From Oscillospiraceae bacterium (GTDB lineage: Bacteria > Bacillota > Clostridia > UBA1381): a stretch of DNA of 64,000 nt. Positions 39,201-48,562 of the stretch are shown here, piece by piece. The position numbers were made by a program, and so were the translations under genes. The first letter of the stretch is position 1. The number at the start of each line of letters is the position of its first letter. The stretch spans positions 7,037 through 71,036 of the forward strand of contig JAFLUB010000005.1 of the NCBI GenBank assembly GCA_022509025.1. Reading direction: 5' to 3'. The notes under the pieces are model-generated. The model did not search any database and was not told where the DNA came from. It saw only the letters and a program-made list of their open reading frames with translations.

Positions 39201-41930
39201 TTAATTACTTTCTGCAAGTCCGTAGAATTGGTTGTTAACAGTTTTTCCGAATATCTCACTGCCGTACGATGAAGCTGTTGATGCTGAATAGCTTCCGCCG
39301 GAGGTCATATCAGGGGTTGTCACAAACAACCACTGCCATGATGTCTTAGGTATAAATGCAATGCTTCCGTTATTAGTTGTAATCTTCACAGGCGTTCCGG
39401 CGCTGCCTGAACTGTTGCTCTGCAGGAAATATCCCTGACCCGTTACAGTCGGAGTTACAGCCATATCTTTTGTGCCCGCACCGATAAGAGTTCCGCCGGT
39501 TACTTTAAAGTAATCACTGCTCGAATCGCCTTTATCAAATACGCCGTTACCTCCGCTTGTCGGACCGTTTACAAGTACCAAGCCTCCGCTCATTTCGACA
39601 CTGCCGTTTGAGTCAAGACCATCACCGCCGACCTCACAGTAAAGTCTGCCGCCCTCCACGTAGAGCATACCGTACGGCGATGAGTCATCCTGCCCGAAGC
39701 CCGGTCCCTGATTACCCGTACCGCCGCCGGTGTTCCCGCCGGGACCGCCGGTGTTTTCGCCGGGACCGGACTGATTACCACTGCTGCCGGGACTTGCGAA
39801 TGCGCTGACTGACGCGGCAAGTGTGCCGTCCTCAGTGTAATCACCCGCCGCATTAACGCCGTCATCGGTTGAATAAAGATACGTTGTTCCGCTTAACTGC
39901 TTGATAACCGAGCCTTCAAGACCCTCATATGAGTATGAAATATCAATCGTGAAGTCGTTATCGGTTCCGTTTTCGGTTCCAAGTGTGAGTATATAATCGG
40001 CATGCACACCGTCGTCGTCAGAGGCAAGATTCAATATGCCGCCTGTAACTGTGGTATTGTAATTTGAATGAATAGCGTCATCACAGCTGTTTACCGTTAT
40101 ATTACCGCCTGATATATTCAAGTCGGTGTTCGCTTTTATACCCTTACAGCTGTTTTCAATATTCTGCACGGTTGAATGAGAACGTTTTGTAGAACCGCCG
40201 TTTGCAGTAACGTTAATCGTTCCGCCTGTTATATTTACATCGCCTTTAGTATAATTACTTTCCGTAACAGTATTTCCGCTTGTTGTTTCGGTAAGCGCCT
40301 TACCTGACTGTATTCCGTCACAACCGGAAACAATATTAAGAGTACCGTCACTCATATTGAACTCATCATAGACCTTGAAGAAGTCCGCCGTAACTGTTCC
40401 CTTTACCTCGCCGCCTGTGATATTAACCTGACCCATAGACACAATACCATCATCGCTTGCTGCCTTTATATCAACTACTCCGCCGGAAATATTTATAATG
40501 CCCTGCACGAGTACCGTTGTGGTCGTAGTCGAACCGCTTACCGCATCTTCATTCTTTCCTGCCTTTATTCCGTCCTGCGCGTCGCCTGTTACGGTAACTG
40601 TTACATCACCGCCCGACATATCAAGCATTTCTGCTGCGCGTATCGCTTCCTCAGCCGAGGTCACATTCACCGTTCCGCCGCTTATTGTGACGCTACCGTT
40701 TACCGTTTCCGCGTTACCCTCAGCATCGTATGACGGGACATTGTATTCACTCGCTTTTATACCGTTTCCGCCCGCGTTTATGGTTAAAACAGGTTTATTG
40801 GCTATTGTTACGCTTCTATCCGCCTGTATACCGTCACCTGCGGTTGCGGTAAGAGTAACTTTGCCGCCGTTTATTGTGACCGTTCCCTTGTCATATTCAA
40901 GCTCACCCGTATCAGAATCTATCGCGTCAGATTTCACCGCATCGCCTGTTTGAGAGGTTACATTAATATTAGTCGCGTTCTTTGTAATCTTTACGCTGTT
41001 ATCCCCCTTAATACCGTGATTATATGCGTTTACATCAAGATTTCCCTTGCCGATTTCAATGTCAGCCTTGGAACGTATACCGTTTCCAAGCTCTGATACG
41101 ACATTGATTTTACCATCGCCCTTTAAGGTAAGGTCATTCTTGCTGTAAATTCCGACAGCACCATCGGCTTTTGCGGTGAATGAATTTTCTGTATCAACTT
41201 CCGCCGCAATTGTTACCTTTCCCTTTGTCGCGCTGAACGGATCAGACATTAAGGAAGTTACATTTACACCTTTAAGATTTACTGTGATTTTATCATCTTT
41301 ATTCGGCGCGGCTACGATAATCTGACCGTCATTAAGCGTTCCATCTATTGTGTATTCACCTGCCGCACTGATTGTCACTATTGAATCGTCAACTGACACA
41401 TTTTCTATACCTTCAGCGCTTATCCAATTACCAACAAGGTGAATTATTCCATCGCCGGTCGGTGGTTCTGTCGGCTCAGGTCTTTCTGTAGGAGTCGGTG
41501 TTTCTGTAGGTTCAACATCAGTATCCGGCGTTACGGTAGGTGTCGGTGTTTTTGTAGGTTCAACATCAGTATCCGGCGTTGCGGTAGGTGTCGCATCAGT
41601 GCCTGTATATTCAATCTTTCCGCATAACGGTTTCTGATTGTCATCCCATATAAAAATTGAACCGCTGAAAATACCGTCAAGCTCTGCCGGGTAAACCTCT
41701 CCCTTAACAACATTTTCTATATGCTTCATTGCGACGCTTTCAAGCGCTCCGTTATCGGCATATTTCGCGCCGATTATGTATATACCGCCTTCTACCGGCT
41801 CTGTGACAGTCACAGAAACGGACAAGCCGTTGCTTGTTTCCGTAACCACTGCGTCTGCCTCCTGAGCCGATGCACTCATCGCGCACATAAGTAAAATCAG
41901 CGATAAAGTAATGAAAAATTTTTTAACCAC
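39201..41930 (-). CDS. Secreted Cthe_2159-family (beta-helix carbohydrate-binding) protein with N-terminal module and Pro/Thr linker
   Basis: VTISAAGEYTIDGTLNDGQIIV, repeated GG...I...DGI/DAI turns, SYEGLEG, DDGVNAA, GDGLDSNG, GGTLIGAG; signal peptide; PT repeats at about 41460-41600. Confidence 0.85.
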   Translation of the reverse strand: MVKKFFITLSLILLMCAMSASAQEADAVVTETSNGLSVSVTVTEPVEGGIYIIGAKYADNGALESVAMKHIENVVKGEVYPAELDGIFSGSIFIWDDNQKPLCGKIEYTGTDATPTATPDTDVEPTKTPTPTVTPDTDVEPTETPTPTERPEPTEPPTGDGIIHLVGNWISAEGIENVSVDDSIVTISAAGEYTIDGTLNDGQIIVAAPNKDDKITVNLKGVNVTSLMSDPFSATKGKVTIAAEVDTENSFTAKADGAVGIYSKNDLTLKGDGKINVVSELGNGIRSKADIEIGKGNLDVNAYNHGIKGDNSVKITKNATNINVTSQTGDAVKSDAIDSDTGELEYDKGTVTINGGKVTLTATAGDGIQADRSVTIANKPVLTINAGGNGIKASEYNVPSYDAEGNAETVNGSVTISGGTVNVTSAEEAIRAAEMLDMSGGDVTVTVTGDAQDGIKAGKNEDAVSGSTTTTTVLVQGIINISGGVVDIKAASDDGIVSMGQVNITGGEVKGTVTADFFKVYDEFNMSDGTLNIVSGCDGIQSGKALTETTSGNTVTESNYTKGDVNITGGTINVTANGGSTKRSHSTVQNIENSCKGIKANTDLNISGGNITVNSCDDAIHSNYNTTVTGGILNLASDDDGVHADYILTLGTENGTDNDFTIDISYSYEGLEGSVIKQLSGTTYLYSTDDGVNAAGDYTEDGTLAASVSAFASPGSSGNQSGPGENTGGPGGNTGGGTGNQGPGFGQDDSSPYGMLYVEGGRLYCEVGGDGLDSNGSVEMSGGLVLVNGPTSGGNGVFDKGDSSSDYFKVTGGTLIGAGTKDMAVTPTVTGQGYFLQSNSSGSAGTPVKITTNNGSIAFIPKTSWQWLFVTTPDMTSGGSYSASTASSYGSEIFGKTVNNQFYGLAESN

Positions 41931-42049
41931 TTTTTAAGTCCCCCTTTATTTTTTATCTGACAGGAAATTACTAAATTTTCTGTTACACAAAGTCAACCTA
42001 TTGTAGCGAAATATAGTGAAGCGACAATCACAATAGTGACTTTTTTACA

Positions 42050-42082
42050 GTTATACCATATCAACCTTAAAATTCCCTTAAA
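42050..42082 (-). promoter_or_regulatory. Response-regulator-type promoter TTTAAG-N5-TTTAAG-N10-TATAAC
   Basis: Direct repeats at 42082-42077 and 42071-42066, -10 at 42055-42050; same geometry as the streptococcal CiaR box. Confidence 0.6.
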
Positions 42083-42155
42083 TTTCAAAATTAATTAAAA
42101 AAAATAATGGCTATATCAAAAACAAATATGCTTTGACATAGCCATTGATTTATCA

Positions 42156-42305
42156 TTACTTTTTATGACATTCTTCCGACATAGCGCAGCCGCTGCACCC
42201 GCAGCCGCAGCCGCTCTGTCCGTTTTTTCTTTTCCTATACCCGTTTATAATAATTGCCGCTACTGCAGCAGCGATAAGCACTGTGATTACAATTGTTGCA
42301 ATCAT
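42156..42305 (-). CDS. FeoB-associated Cys-rich membrane protein (49 aa, below the ORF-track cutoff)
   Basis: MIATIVITVLIAAAVAAIIINGYRKRKNGQSGCGCGCSGCAMSEECHKK; RBS GAGGTGG; directly after feoB. Confidence 0.88.
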   Translation of the reverse strand: MIATIVITVLIAAAVAAIIINGYRKRKNGQSGCGCGCSGCAMSEECHKK

Positions 42306-42326
42306 ACATAACCACCTCATATTCTT

Positions 42327-44507
42327 TTACGCTTCTATATTTTTACCTTTTATTTTTAAAGCACTGTTCTCTCTATGAGGTCTAAACAGGAGGTATATAA
42401 ACGCGATTACCACGATTATTGCTGCTATCGTACCCACGCCGAAGGTGCCGGCTGCGAACAGGTTGCCGAGCTGGTATATACACAAAGCCACAACATATGC
42501 GAACACACACTGATAACCGATTGCAAACCAGGTCCACTTTGCGCTGTTCATCTCGCGCCTGATAGCTCCGATTGCCGCAAAGCACGGAGCGCACAGAAGA
42601 TTAAATACGAGATATGAATATGCCGCAAGCTGCGTGAACTCAGCCGCGAGGCTATTCCATATCTGATAGCCGTCTTCTGCGATTTCATCAAAACCTCCGT
42701 AAAGAACTCCGAATGTTCCGACAACGTTTTCTTTCGCAACAAGCCCTGTAAGGGCGGCAACAGTGGCTTTCCAATCGCCCCAACCGAGAGGTATAAATAT
42801 CGGAGCGAGAACAGAACCAAGCTTAGCAAGAATAGAATTATCCATATCTTCTACCATGCCGAACGCGCCAGCCTCAAAGCCGAATCCCTGTAAGAACCAG
42901 ATAATGATTGTTGCAAGAAGAATAATAGTTCCCGCCTTCTTAATAAACGACCAGCCTCTTTCCCACATACTGCGAAGAACATTGCTCACTGTCGGAAGAT
43001 GATAAGCGGGCAGTTCCATTACGAACGGCGCAGGATCACCCGCGAACATCTTCGTTTTCTTAAGGATTATGCCTGACATAACAATCGCCGCAATACCTAC
43101 AAAGTACGCGCTTGGCGCAACCCACCATGCTCCGCCGAAAAGCGCGCCTGAGATGAGCGCTATAATAGGAAGCTTCGCGCCGCAGGGGATAAAGGTTGTT
43201 GTCATTATAGTCATTTTTCTGTCGCGGTCATTTTCAATCGTTCTCGACGCCATGATACCGGGAACACCGCAGCCTGTGCCTATAAGCATAGGGATGAACG
43301 ACTTACCGGAAAGACCGAACTTTCTGAAAATTCTGTCCATTATGAACGCAATTCTTGCCATATATCCGCACGCCTCAAGGAATGCAAGGAATATAAACAG
43401 CACAAGCATCTGAGGTACGAATCCAAGAACAGCTCCCACACCGCCGATAATACCATCGATGATAAGACTGTTAAGCCACTCAGCTGTACCAAGAGCTTCT
43501 AATAATCCTTCCGCCATCACAGGTATACCCGGAACCCATATGCTTTCAATACCGAAAAGATGGAAGCCGTCACCAAACAAACTGTCATTTGTCCAGTCAG
43601 TTACCCATGTTCCTATTGTCGTTACCGATATATAATATACAAGGAACATCACAACTGCAAAAATCGGAAGCGCGAGAAATCTATTCGTCACTATCTTATC
43701 AATTTTATCCGAAACAGACATTTTTTCAGCATTATGCCTCTTATAACAGCTGCTGATGATTGAAGTGATATAATTATATCTCTCATTCGTGATAATGCTC
43801 TCACTGTCATCGTCCTGTTCCTCTTCTGCCTTCTCTATAAGCGCGGAAACATCAGGAACATTCTGCATTGCTTCCATAATCTTCTCATCACGCTCGAAAA
43901 GCTTTATTGCATAGAAACGTTTTCTGTTCTCTGGAATTGAACTGTCGAGCATATCACTAATCTGAGAAAGTACAGCTTCAATTTCACTGTCAAATTTATG
44001 TACCGGTTTAAAAGAACTGTTACTCGCAAGACTTACCGCTTTATCCGCCGCCTCGGTTATCCCTGTGCCTTTAAGAGCGGATATTGCGACAACCTCACAG
44101 CCTAAAGCCTTGCCAAGCTTATTAAAGTCAATGTTATCGCCGTGCTTATTCACAACGTCCATCATATTCACTGCCATCACAACAGGAATACCAAGCTCTG
44201 TAAGCTGTGTTGTAAGATACAGGTTTCTTTCCAGATTTGTACCGTCAACAATATTAAGTATGGCATCCGGACTTTCATTTATAAGATAATTTCTTGCAAC
44301 CACTTCCTCAAGCGTATAAGGAGAAAGTGAATATATACCGGGAAGGTCTGTGATTGTGACATCCTTATACCCCTTTAATTTACCCTCTTTTTTCTCTACC
44401 GTTACTCCGGGCCAGTTTCCCACAAATTGGTTTGAACCCGTAAGCGCGTTAAACAAAGTCGTCTTACCGGAATTAGGATTTCCGGCAAGCGCTATTTTTA
44501 CAGACAT
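42327..44507 (-). CDS. feoB: Ferrous iron transporter B
   Basis: GNPNSGKT, VGNWPGVT, DLPG, NMMD, GTGCGVP, FVMELPAY, AKENVV. Confidence 0.97.
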   Translation of the reverse strand: MSVKIALAGNPNSGKTTLFNALTGSNQFVGNWPGVTVEKKEGKLKGYKDVTITDLPGIYSLSPYTLEEVVARNYLINESPDAILNIVDGTNLERNLYLTTQLTELGIPVVMAVNMMDVVNKHGDNIDFNKLGKALGCEVVAISALKGTGITEAADKAVSLASNSSFKPVHKFDSEIEAVLSQISDMLDSSIPENRKRFYAIKLFERDEKIMEAMQNVPDVSALIEKAEEEQDDDSESIITNERYNYITSIISSCYKRHNAEKMSVSDKIDKIVTNRFLALPIFAVVMFLVYYISVTTIGTWVTDWTNDSLFGDGFHLFGIESIWVPGIPVMAEGLLEALGTAEWLNSLIIDGIIGGVGAVLGFVPQMLVLFIFLAFLEACGYMARIAFIMDRIFRKFGLSGKSFIPMLIGTGCGVPGIMASRTIENDRDRKMTIMTTTFIPCGAKLPIIALISGALFGGAWWVAPSAYFVGIAAIVMSGIILKKTKMFAGDPAPFVMELPAYHLPTVSNVLRSMWERGWSFIKKAGTIILLATIIIWFLQGFGFEAGAFGMVEDMDNSILAKLGSVLAPIFIPLGWGDWKATVAALTGLVAKENVVGTFGVLYGGFDEIAEDGYQIWNSLAAEFTQLAAYSYLVFNLLCAPCFAAIGAIRREMNSAKWTWFAIGYQCVFAYVVALCIYQLGNLFAAGTFGVGTIAAIIVVIAFIYLLFRPHRENSALKIKGKNIEA

Positions 44508-44564
44508 TTATATTACCTCCTAAAAACTTTAATTACCCACCGCTAACTCGATACCAAAAAAAAT

Positions 44565-44786
44565 TTATACTAATTCAATCATTTCGGCATCTGCTTTTCT
44601 CAAAGAAAGCTCATATCCACGGACATTAACCTCTATAGGGTCGCCAAGCGGAGCAACCTTTCTCACGAAAATCTCAACGCCTTTTGTGATACCCATATCC
44701 ATAATTCTGCGTTTTACTGCTCCGCCGCCGTTTAGACGCGCGACTTTAACAGTTTCGCCTACCTTTACGTCCTTTAAAGTACGCAT
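44565..44786 (-). CDS. feoA: FeoA protein
   Basis: RRIMDMGITKG...APLGDPIEV.VRGYELSLRK. Confidence 0.95.
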   Translation of the reverse strand: MRTLKDVKVGETVKVARLNGGGAVKRRIMDMGITKGVEIFVRKVAPLGDPIEVNVRGYELSLRKADAEMIELV

Positions 44787-44828
44787 ATTCTATCCTCCCA
44801 CTTTAATTTCAACTTTATCATCAAGCTG

Positions 44829-44920
44829 TTTCATAAACTCGGCGAGACAAGGCAAACGAAACGTAGACGTAGATTATACTTCAAGTTCCGTTTAACGAAG
44901 TATTCGGCGAGTTTATGGAA
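44829..44920 (+). repeat. Dispersed imperfect palindromic element, copy D (between the feoA genes)
   Basis: Outer stem ttcataaactcg/cgagtttatgga; core gaaac-gta-gacgta-gatta-tacttcaagtt shared with copy B. Confidence 0.75.
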
Positions 44921-44924
44921 GTGC

Positions 44925-45137
44925 TCAAACTAAAATACGATTTGCCATAGACTGATCAATCGCAATACGCGAATCTTTAATGTGCACAATCAGATTCCCG
45001 CTTATTTTAGAAACAACAGTAACCTCGCTGCCCTCAACGAATCCGAGATTTTCAAGAAATTGCCTTGTTTCATCCTTACCTTTTACTCGCAAAACTTCTT
45101 TTGTTTCTCCCACATTCATCATTGATAACGGCATCAT
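44925..45137 (-). CDS. feoA: FeoA protein
   Basis: MMPLSM...FLENLGFVEG.EV.VV...GNLIV.IKDSRIAI. Confidence 0.92.
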   Translation of the reverse strand: MMPLSMMNVGETKEVLRVKGKDETRQFLENLGFVEGSEVTVVSKISGNLIVHIKDSRIAIDQSMANRILV

Positions 45138-45178
45138 ACTGTTCCTCCTTAAATATAGTTATGATTAATATATTGCCG

Positions 45179-45233
45179 GTTAACACAATCTAACCACAGT
45201 TATCATTTTACTCCAAATGTTTGTCTATGTCAA
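45179..45233 (-). promoter_or_regulatory. feo promoter (TTGACA-17-TAAAAT) with downstream palindrome GTTAG-N6-TTAAC
   Basis: -35 at 45233-45228, -10 at 45210-45205, palindrome at 45179-45194. Confidence 0.6.
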
Positions 45234-45296
45234 TACCTTTCAGGGATTTTTTACTCTTTTTGTCATTTTGCATAATTTTAATATTATTTAAAAAGC

Positions 45297-45329
45297 AAAA
45301 AATCAGTTAGATTATCCTAACTGATTTTT
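45297..45329 (-). terminator. Terminator after uxuA
   Basis: aaaaatcagttag-attatc-ctaactgattttt. Confidence 0.75.
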
Positions 45330-45343
45330 ACGTGCGCTTACCA

Positions 45344-46414
45344 CTATCTTTTTGCGTTTTTATCAATAGCTTCCCAAAGACCGTTGAGATACGTCGCGCC
45401 AAGAGCTCTGTCATAGAGACCGTAGCCCGGCATTGCCACCTCACCCCATATCATTCTGCCGTGGTCGGGACGTATCGGACCCGAGAAGTCTGTTTCATAA
45501 AGCGCTTTCATTATCTCATACATATCGAACGTGCCGTCCGAGGAAAGATGCGCCGCCTCTTCAAAATCGGTATCGGAATTAAATTTGAGATTTCTGACAT
45601 GCGCAAAATGTATTCTTCCCTTTAATGAGCGTATCATATCCGGCAAATCATTCGCGCGGTTCGTTCCGTAAGAGCCCGAACAAAATGTCACACCGTTATG
45701 CGCATCGTCTACCATTTTCATCATTCGGAGTATATTTTCCTTGTTTATTATAATTCTCGGCAGTCCGAATACGCTCCATGCGGGATCGTCCGGATGTATC
45801 GCCATTTTTATATCGTACTTATTACATACGGGCATTATCTTTTCAAGGAAGTATTTAAGATTCTCAAAAAGCTTTTCATCGTCCACGTCTTTATACATTT
45901 CGAACAGCTCTTTTACTCTCTCCATTCTCTCAGGCTCCCAGCCCGGCATCACGGCGCCGTTCATATCCTTTGAGATGGATTCAAACATTTTTTCGGGAAC
46001 TATCTTGTCAATATCGTTCTGATTATATGCAAGCACGGTTGAACCGTCAGGACGCTTTCTGGCAAGCTCGCTCCTTGTCCAGTCAAACACGGGCATAAAG
46101 TTATAGCATACAAGATGGATATCCTCTTTGCCAAGATTTTCAAGCGTTTCTATATAGTTATCTATATACTTATCTCGATCAGGTGTTCCGACCTTTATAG
46201 CGTCATGCACATTAACGCTTTCAATGCCGCTTACACGAAGTCCGGCACTTTCCACCTCGTCCTTCATCGCGCGTATTGCTTCCCTACTCCACACATCACC
46301 GGGAGCGGTGTCGTAAAGCGTTGTTATAACACCGGTAACACCCGGTATCTGTCTTATCTGTTCCAGTGTTACGGTATCAAAATCCTTACCGTACCAGCGC
46401 AATGTCATTTCCAT
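45344..46414 (-). CDS. uxuA: Mannonate dehydratase
   Basis: MEMTLRWYG, CYNFMPVFDWTRS, AIHPDDP, HFAHVRN, RPDHG, PGYGLYDRALG. Confidence 0.97.
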   Translation of the reverse strand: MEMTLRWYGKDFDTVTLEQIRQIPGVTGVITTLYDTAPGDVWSREAIRAMKDEVESAGLRVSGIESVNVHDAIKVGTPDRDKYIDNYIETLENLGKEDIHLVCYNFMPVFDWTRSELARKRPDGSTVLAYNQNDIDKIVPEKMFESISKDMNGAVMPGWEPERMERVKELFEMYKDVDDEKLFENLKYFLEKIMPVCNKYDIKMAIHPDDPAWSVFGLPRIIINKENILRMMKMVDDAHNGVTFCSGSYGTNRANDLPDMIRSLKGRIHFAHVRNLKFNSDTDFEEAAHLSSDGTFDMYEIMKALYETDFSGPIRPDHGRMIWGEVAMPGYGLYDRALGATYLNGLWEAIDKNAKR

Positions 46415-46430
46415 TTTATTTTTCCTCCCA

Positions 46431-48479
46431 TCAGAACTCTCTGTAAAAATCATTTTTTAATTCAGATATCGCGATATAACACTCTTTTCCGAAAACAAGA
46501 CCGCACGGCACCCGCCACGGCTTGCCGTAATAATAATCGTCAGCAGCAAGTTCTCCGTCCGCATAAAGCTGAGCTGTATCACCTGTGTAAGCTATCTCGG
46601 CAAAACCGACATCAGAGCTAACCTCAATTTTCTTCCATGTTATTTTACGTTCGCCGCCTATCATAAGCTCCTCTTTATATTTCGGCTCGAACGGCTCTTC
46701 ATTCATGTCCTCTATTGTTAGCTCAGCATTTTTCTCATACGGTTGATTTACTATGAATTTTTCGAATTCCGAGCCGTTCCATTTAAAACATTCATGCTTT
46801 CCATTTTGCACAGCACAGATTTTTCCGTCCTTTTCATATAAATCGCAATCACTAACGTATACCGTTTCTGAAAGCTTACGCATATATCTTGCTTTCTCAG
46901 AATCAATCACTTCTATATGTATGTTATTATAGCAAAAGCTCTTGTTATTTGTGAATACCTTTCCGTCGGCGAACTTAAATTCCGCCTGTATACCGGGTAT
47001 CTCCATGAAGAAATATGTATCCCCCTGACAGCACAAAGGCTGAGCCAAAGCATATTCAAGTACATTGCCGTCCAAGTCCATGTTAAACGGCATGAAAAAG
47101 CTTGTTTCACCCTTTACATCTACAGGAGGAAACTCGACTGTGCCTGTGTCTATTATAGCATTCTCTATATCACTTAACTCCGTAAGACGCTGATAGTGAT
47201 TTATAAAAACAAATCCGCTTTTCCCGTCTGTTCTCATACCGTATCTCAGAGAAGCCGTGTCATTCCTCTGCGGTTTTATTTTTGCGTTTACACTTTCCAT
47301 AGGCGCAAGTATTGCGCCAAAATCCTGCGCAAACATATGCAGAAGATTTAAAAGACGGTAGTGCTCCCGCACCTCGCCGTACTCTGAAAGCGGCGCTTGA
47401 AAGTCATAGGAAAGTATCGGATAATCGTTCGGATATCCTGTAGCTTTTGACTCGTTAAATGTCGACAGTTTGCCTATTTTATTCGTTCCGCCGTGATACA
47501 TATAATATCCGATAAGATTATTCCCGCAGCCCAGCTTTGTGATTGACACAGCGTAAATATCCATAGGCTTTATTATCGGACGGCGGTGATGAGTTACTTG
47601 TATTCCTCCGCCCATTTCGCACGTTGCAAACGGATAACGGTCATACGGAAGCTGCCAGCCATCGTCCAGAGTTTGCTCTATAAGGTCAGTACCGATTGCG
47701 GAATCGTTACGCATTGTGTTAAAGAAATAATGTGATGACGGTTCCAGTTTTTCCATGTGATTCTCCCACGGCGCTTCACAATATCCGCCGAATACCGGCA
47801 CAACACCGCTTAACGGAATTTTCGCTCCCGCCGCGCTGTTCCAGCCGGTGACAGTATATAGCGGCGCTTCAAATCCGCATTCCACAGCTATTTTTTTCAG
47901 TGCCGCAAGATGCTCCGCATCATCTGTCAGTTCATTTTCCAGCTGTACACCGATTATATTCCCGCCGTCCTTGTAGAAAAGTCCCTTGACCTCTTCATAA
48001 ATCCTCGCATACCATTTGCGCGCAAGCGAAAGATATTCCTCATTATTTGAGCGAAGTTCAAACGGCTTTTTCATGAGCCAGTCGGGGAAACCGCCGTTAC
48101 GGCACTCGCCATGCGCCCAGGGACCTATGCGGATTACAACGTCAAGCCCTGTTTTTTTACATTCTTCTATAAAAGCGCGAATATCGTTATCACCTGAAAA
48201 ATTATATTCGCCCTCAATCTCCTCATGGTAAATCCAGAAAAGATACGTTGAAACTATCGTTATGCCGCCTGCCTTCATTTTGGCAAGCTCAAGGCTCCAT
48301 TCACTTCTTTTATAACGTGAAAAATGAAACTCACCCATCACGGCAATAAACGGTTTGCCTCCGCGTGTGAAATATCTGCTTGTTACGTTTATTTCCTCGC
48401 CTTCCGGGTTTTCGCCGCCAAGCTCTAAATGATTAACTAAAAGCGGCGTTTCCTTATATTCTTCAAAGCTATATTTCAT
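46431..48479 (-). CDS. GH35 beta-galactosidase family protein
   Basis: MGEFHFSR, YLFWIYHEE.EG, RIGPWAHGE.RNGGFPDW, QLENE, YYMYHGGTN, SYDFQAPL. Confidence 0.9.
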   Translation of the reverse strand: MKYSFEEYKETPLLVNHLELGGENPEGEEINVTSRYFTRGGKPFIAVMGEFHFSRYKRSEWSLELAKMKAGGITIVSTYLFWIYHEEIEGEYNFSGDNDIRAFIEECKKTGLDVVIRIGPWAHGECRNGGFPDWLMKKPFELRSNNEEYLSLARKWYARIYEEVKGLFYKDGGNIIGVQLENELTDDAEHLAALKKIAVECGFEAPLYTVTGWNSAAGAKIPLSGVVPVFGGYCEAPWENHMEKLEPSSHYFFNTMRNDSAIGTDLIEQTLDDGWQLPYDRYPFATCEMGGGIQVTHHRRPIIKPMDIYAVSITKLGCGNNLIGYYMYHGGTNKIGKLSTFNESKATGYPNDYPILSYDFQAPLSEYGEVREHYRLLNLLHMFAQDFGAILAPMESVNAKIKPQRNDTASLRYGMRTDGKSGFVFINHYQRLTELSDIENAIIDTGTVEFPPVDVKGETSFFMPFNMDLDGNVLEYALAQPLCCQGDTYFFMEIPGIQAEFKFADGKVFTNNKSFCYNNIHIEVIDSEKARYMRKLSETVYVSDCDLYEKDGKICAVQNGKHECFKWNGSEFEKFIVNQPYEKNAELTIEDMNEEPFEPKYKEELMIGGERKITWKKIEVSSDVGFAEIAYTGDTAQLYADGELAADDYYYGKPWRVPCGLVFGKECYIAISELKNDFYREF

Positions 48480-48562
48480 TATTTAATCCCCCTGTATTTT
48501 GTTGATGACCGCTGCTTAACATTTTGCTCATATTCAGATATCTTTAATATACTTGTCACATT

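Noticed and set aside
45306-45321. GTTAG-N6-CTAAC as a third metal-repressor operator
   Set aside because: It is the centre of a longer hairpin with A/T tracts right after the uxuA stop, explained as a terminator. A dual role is not excluded.
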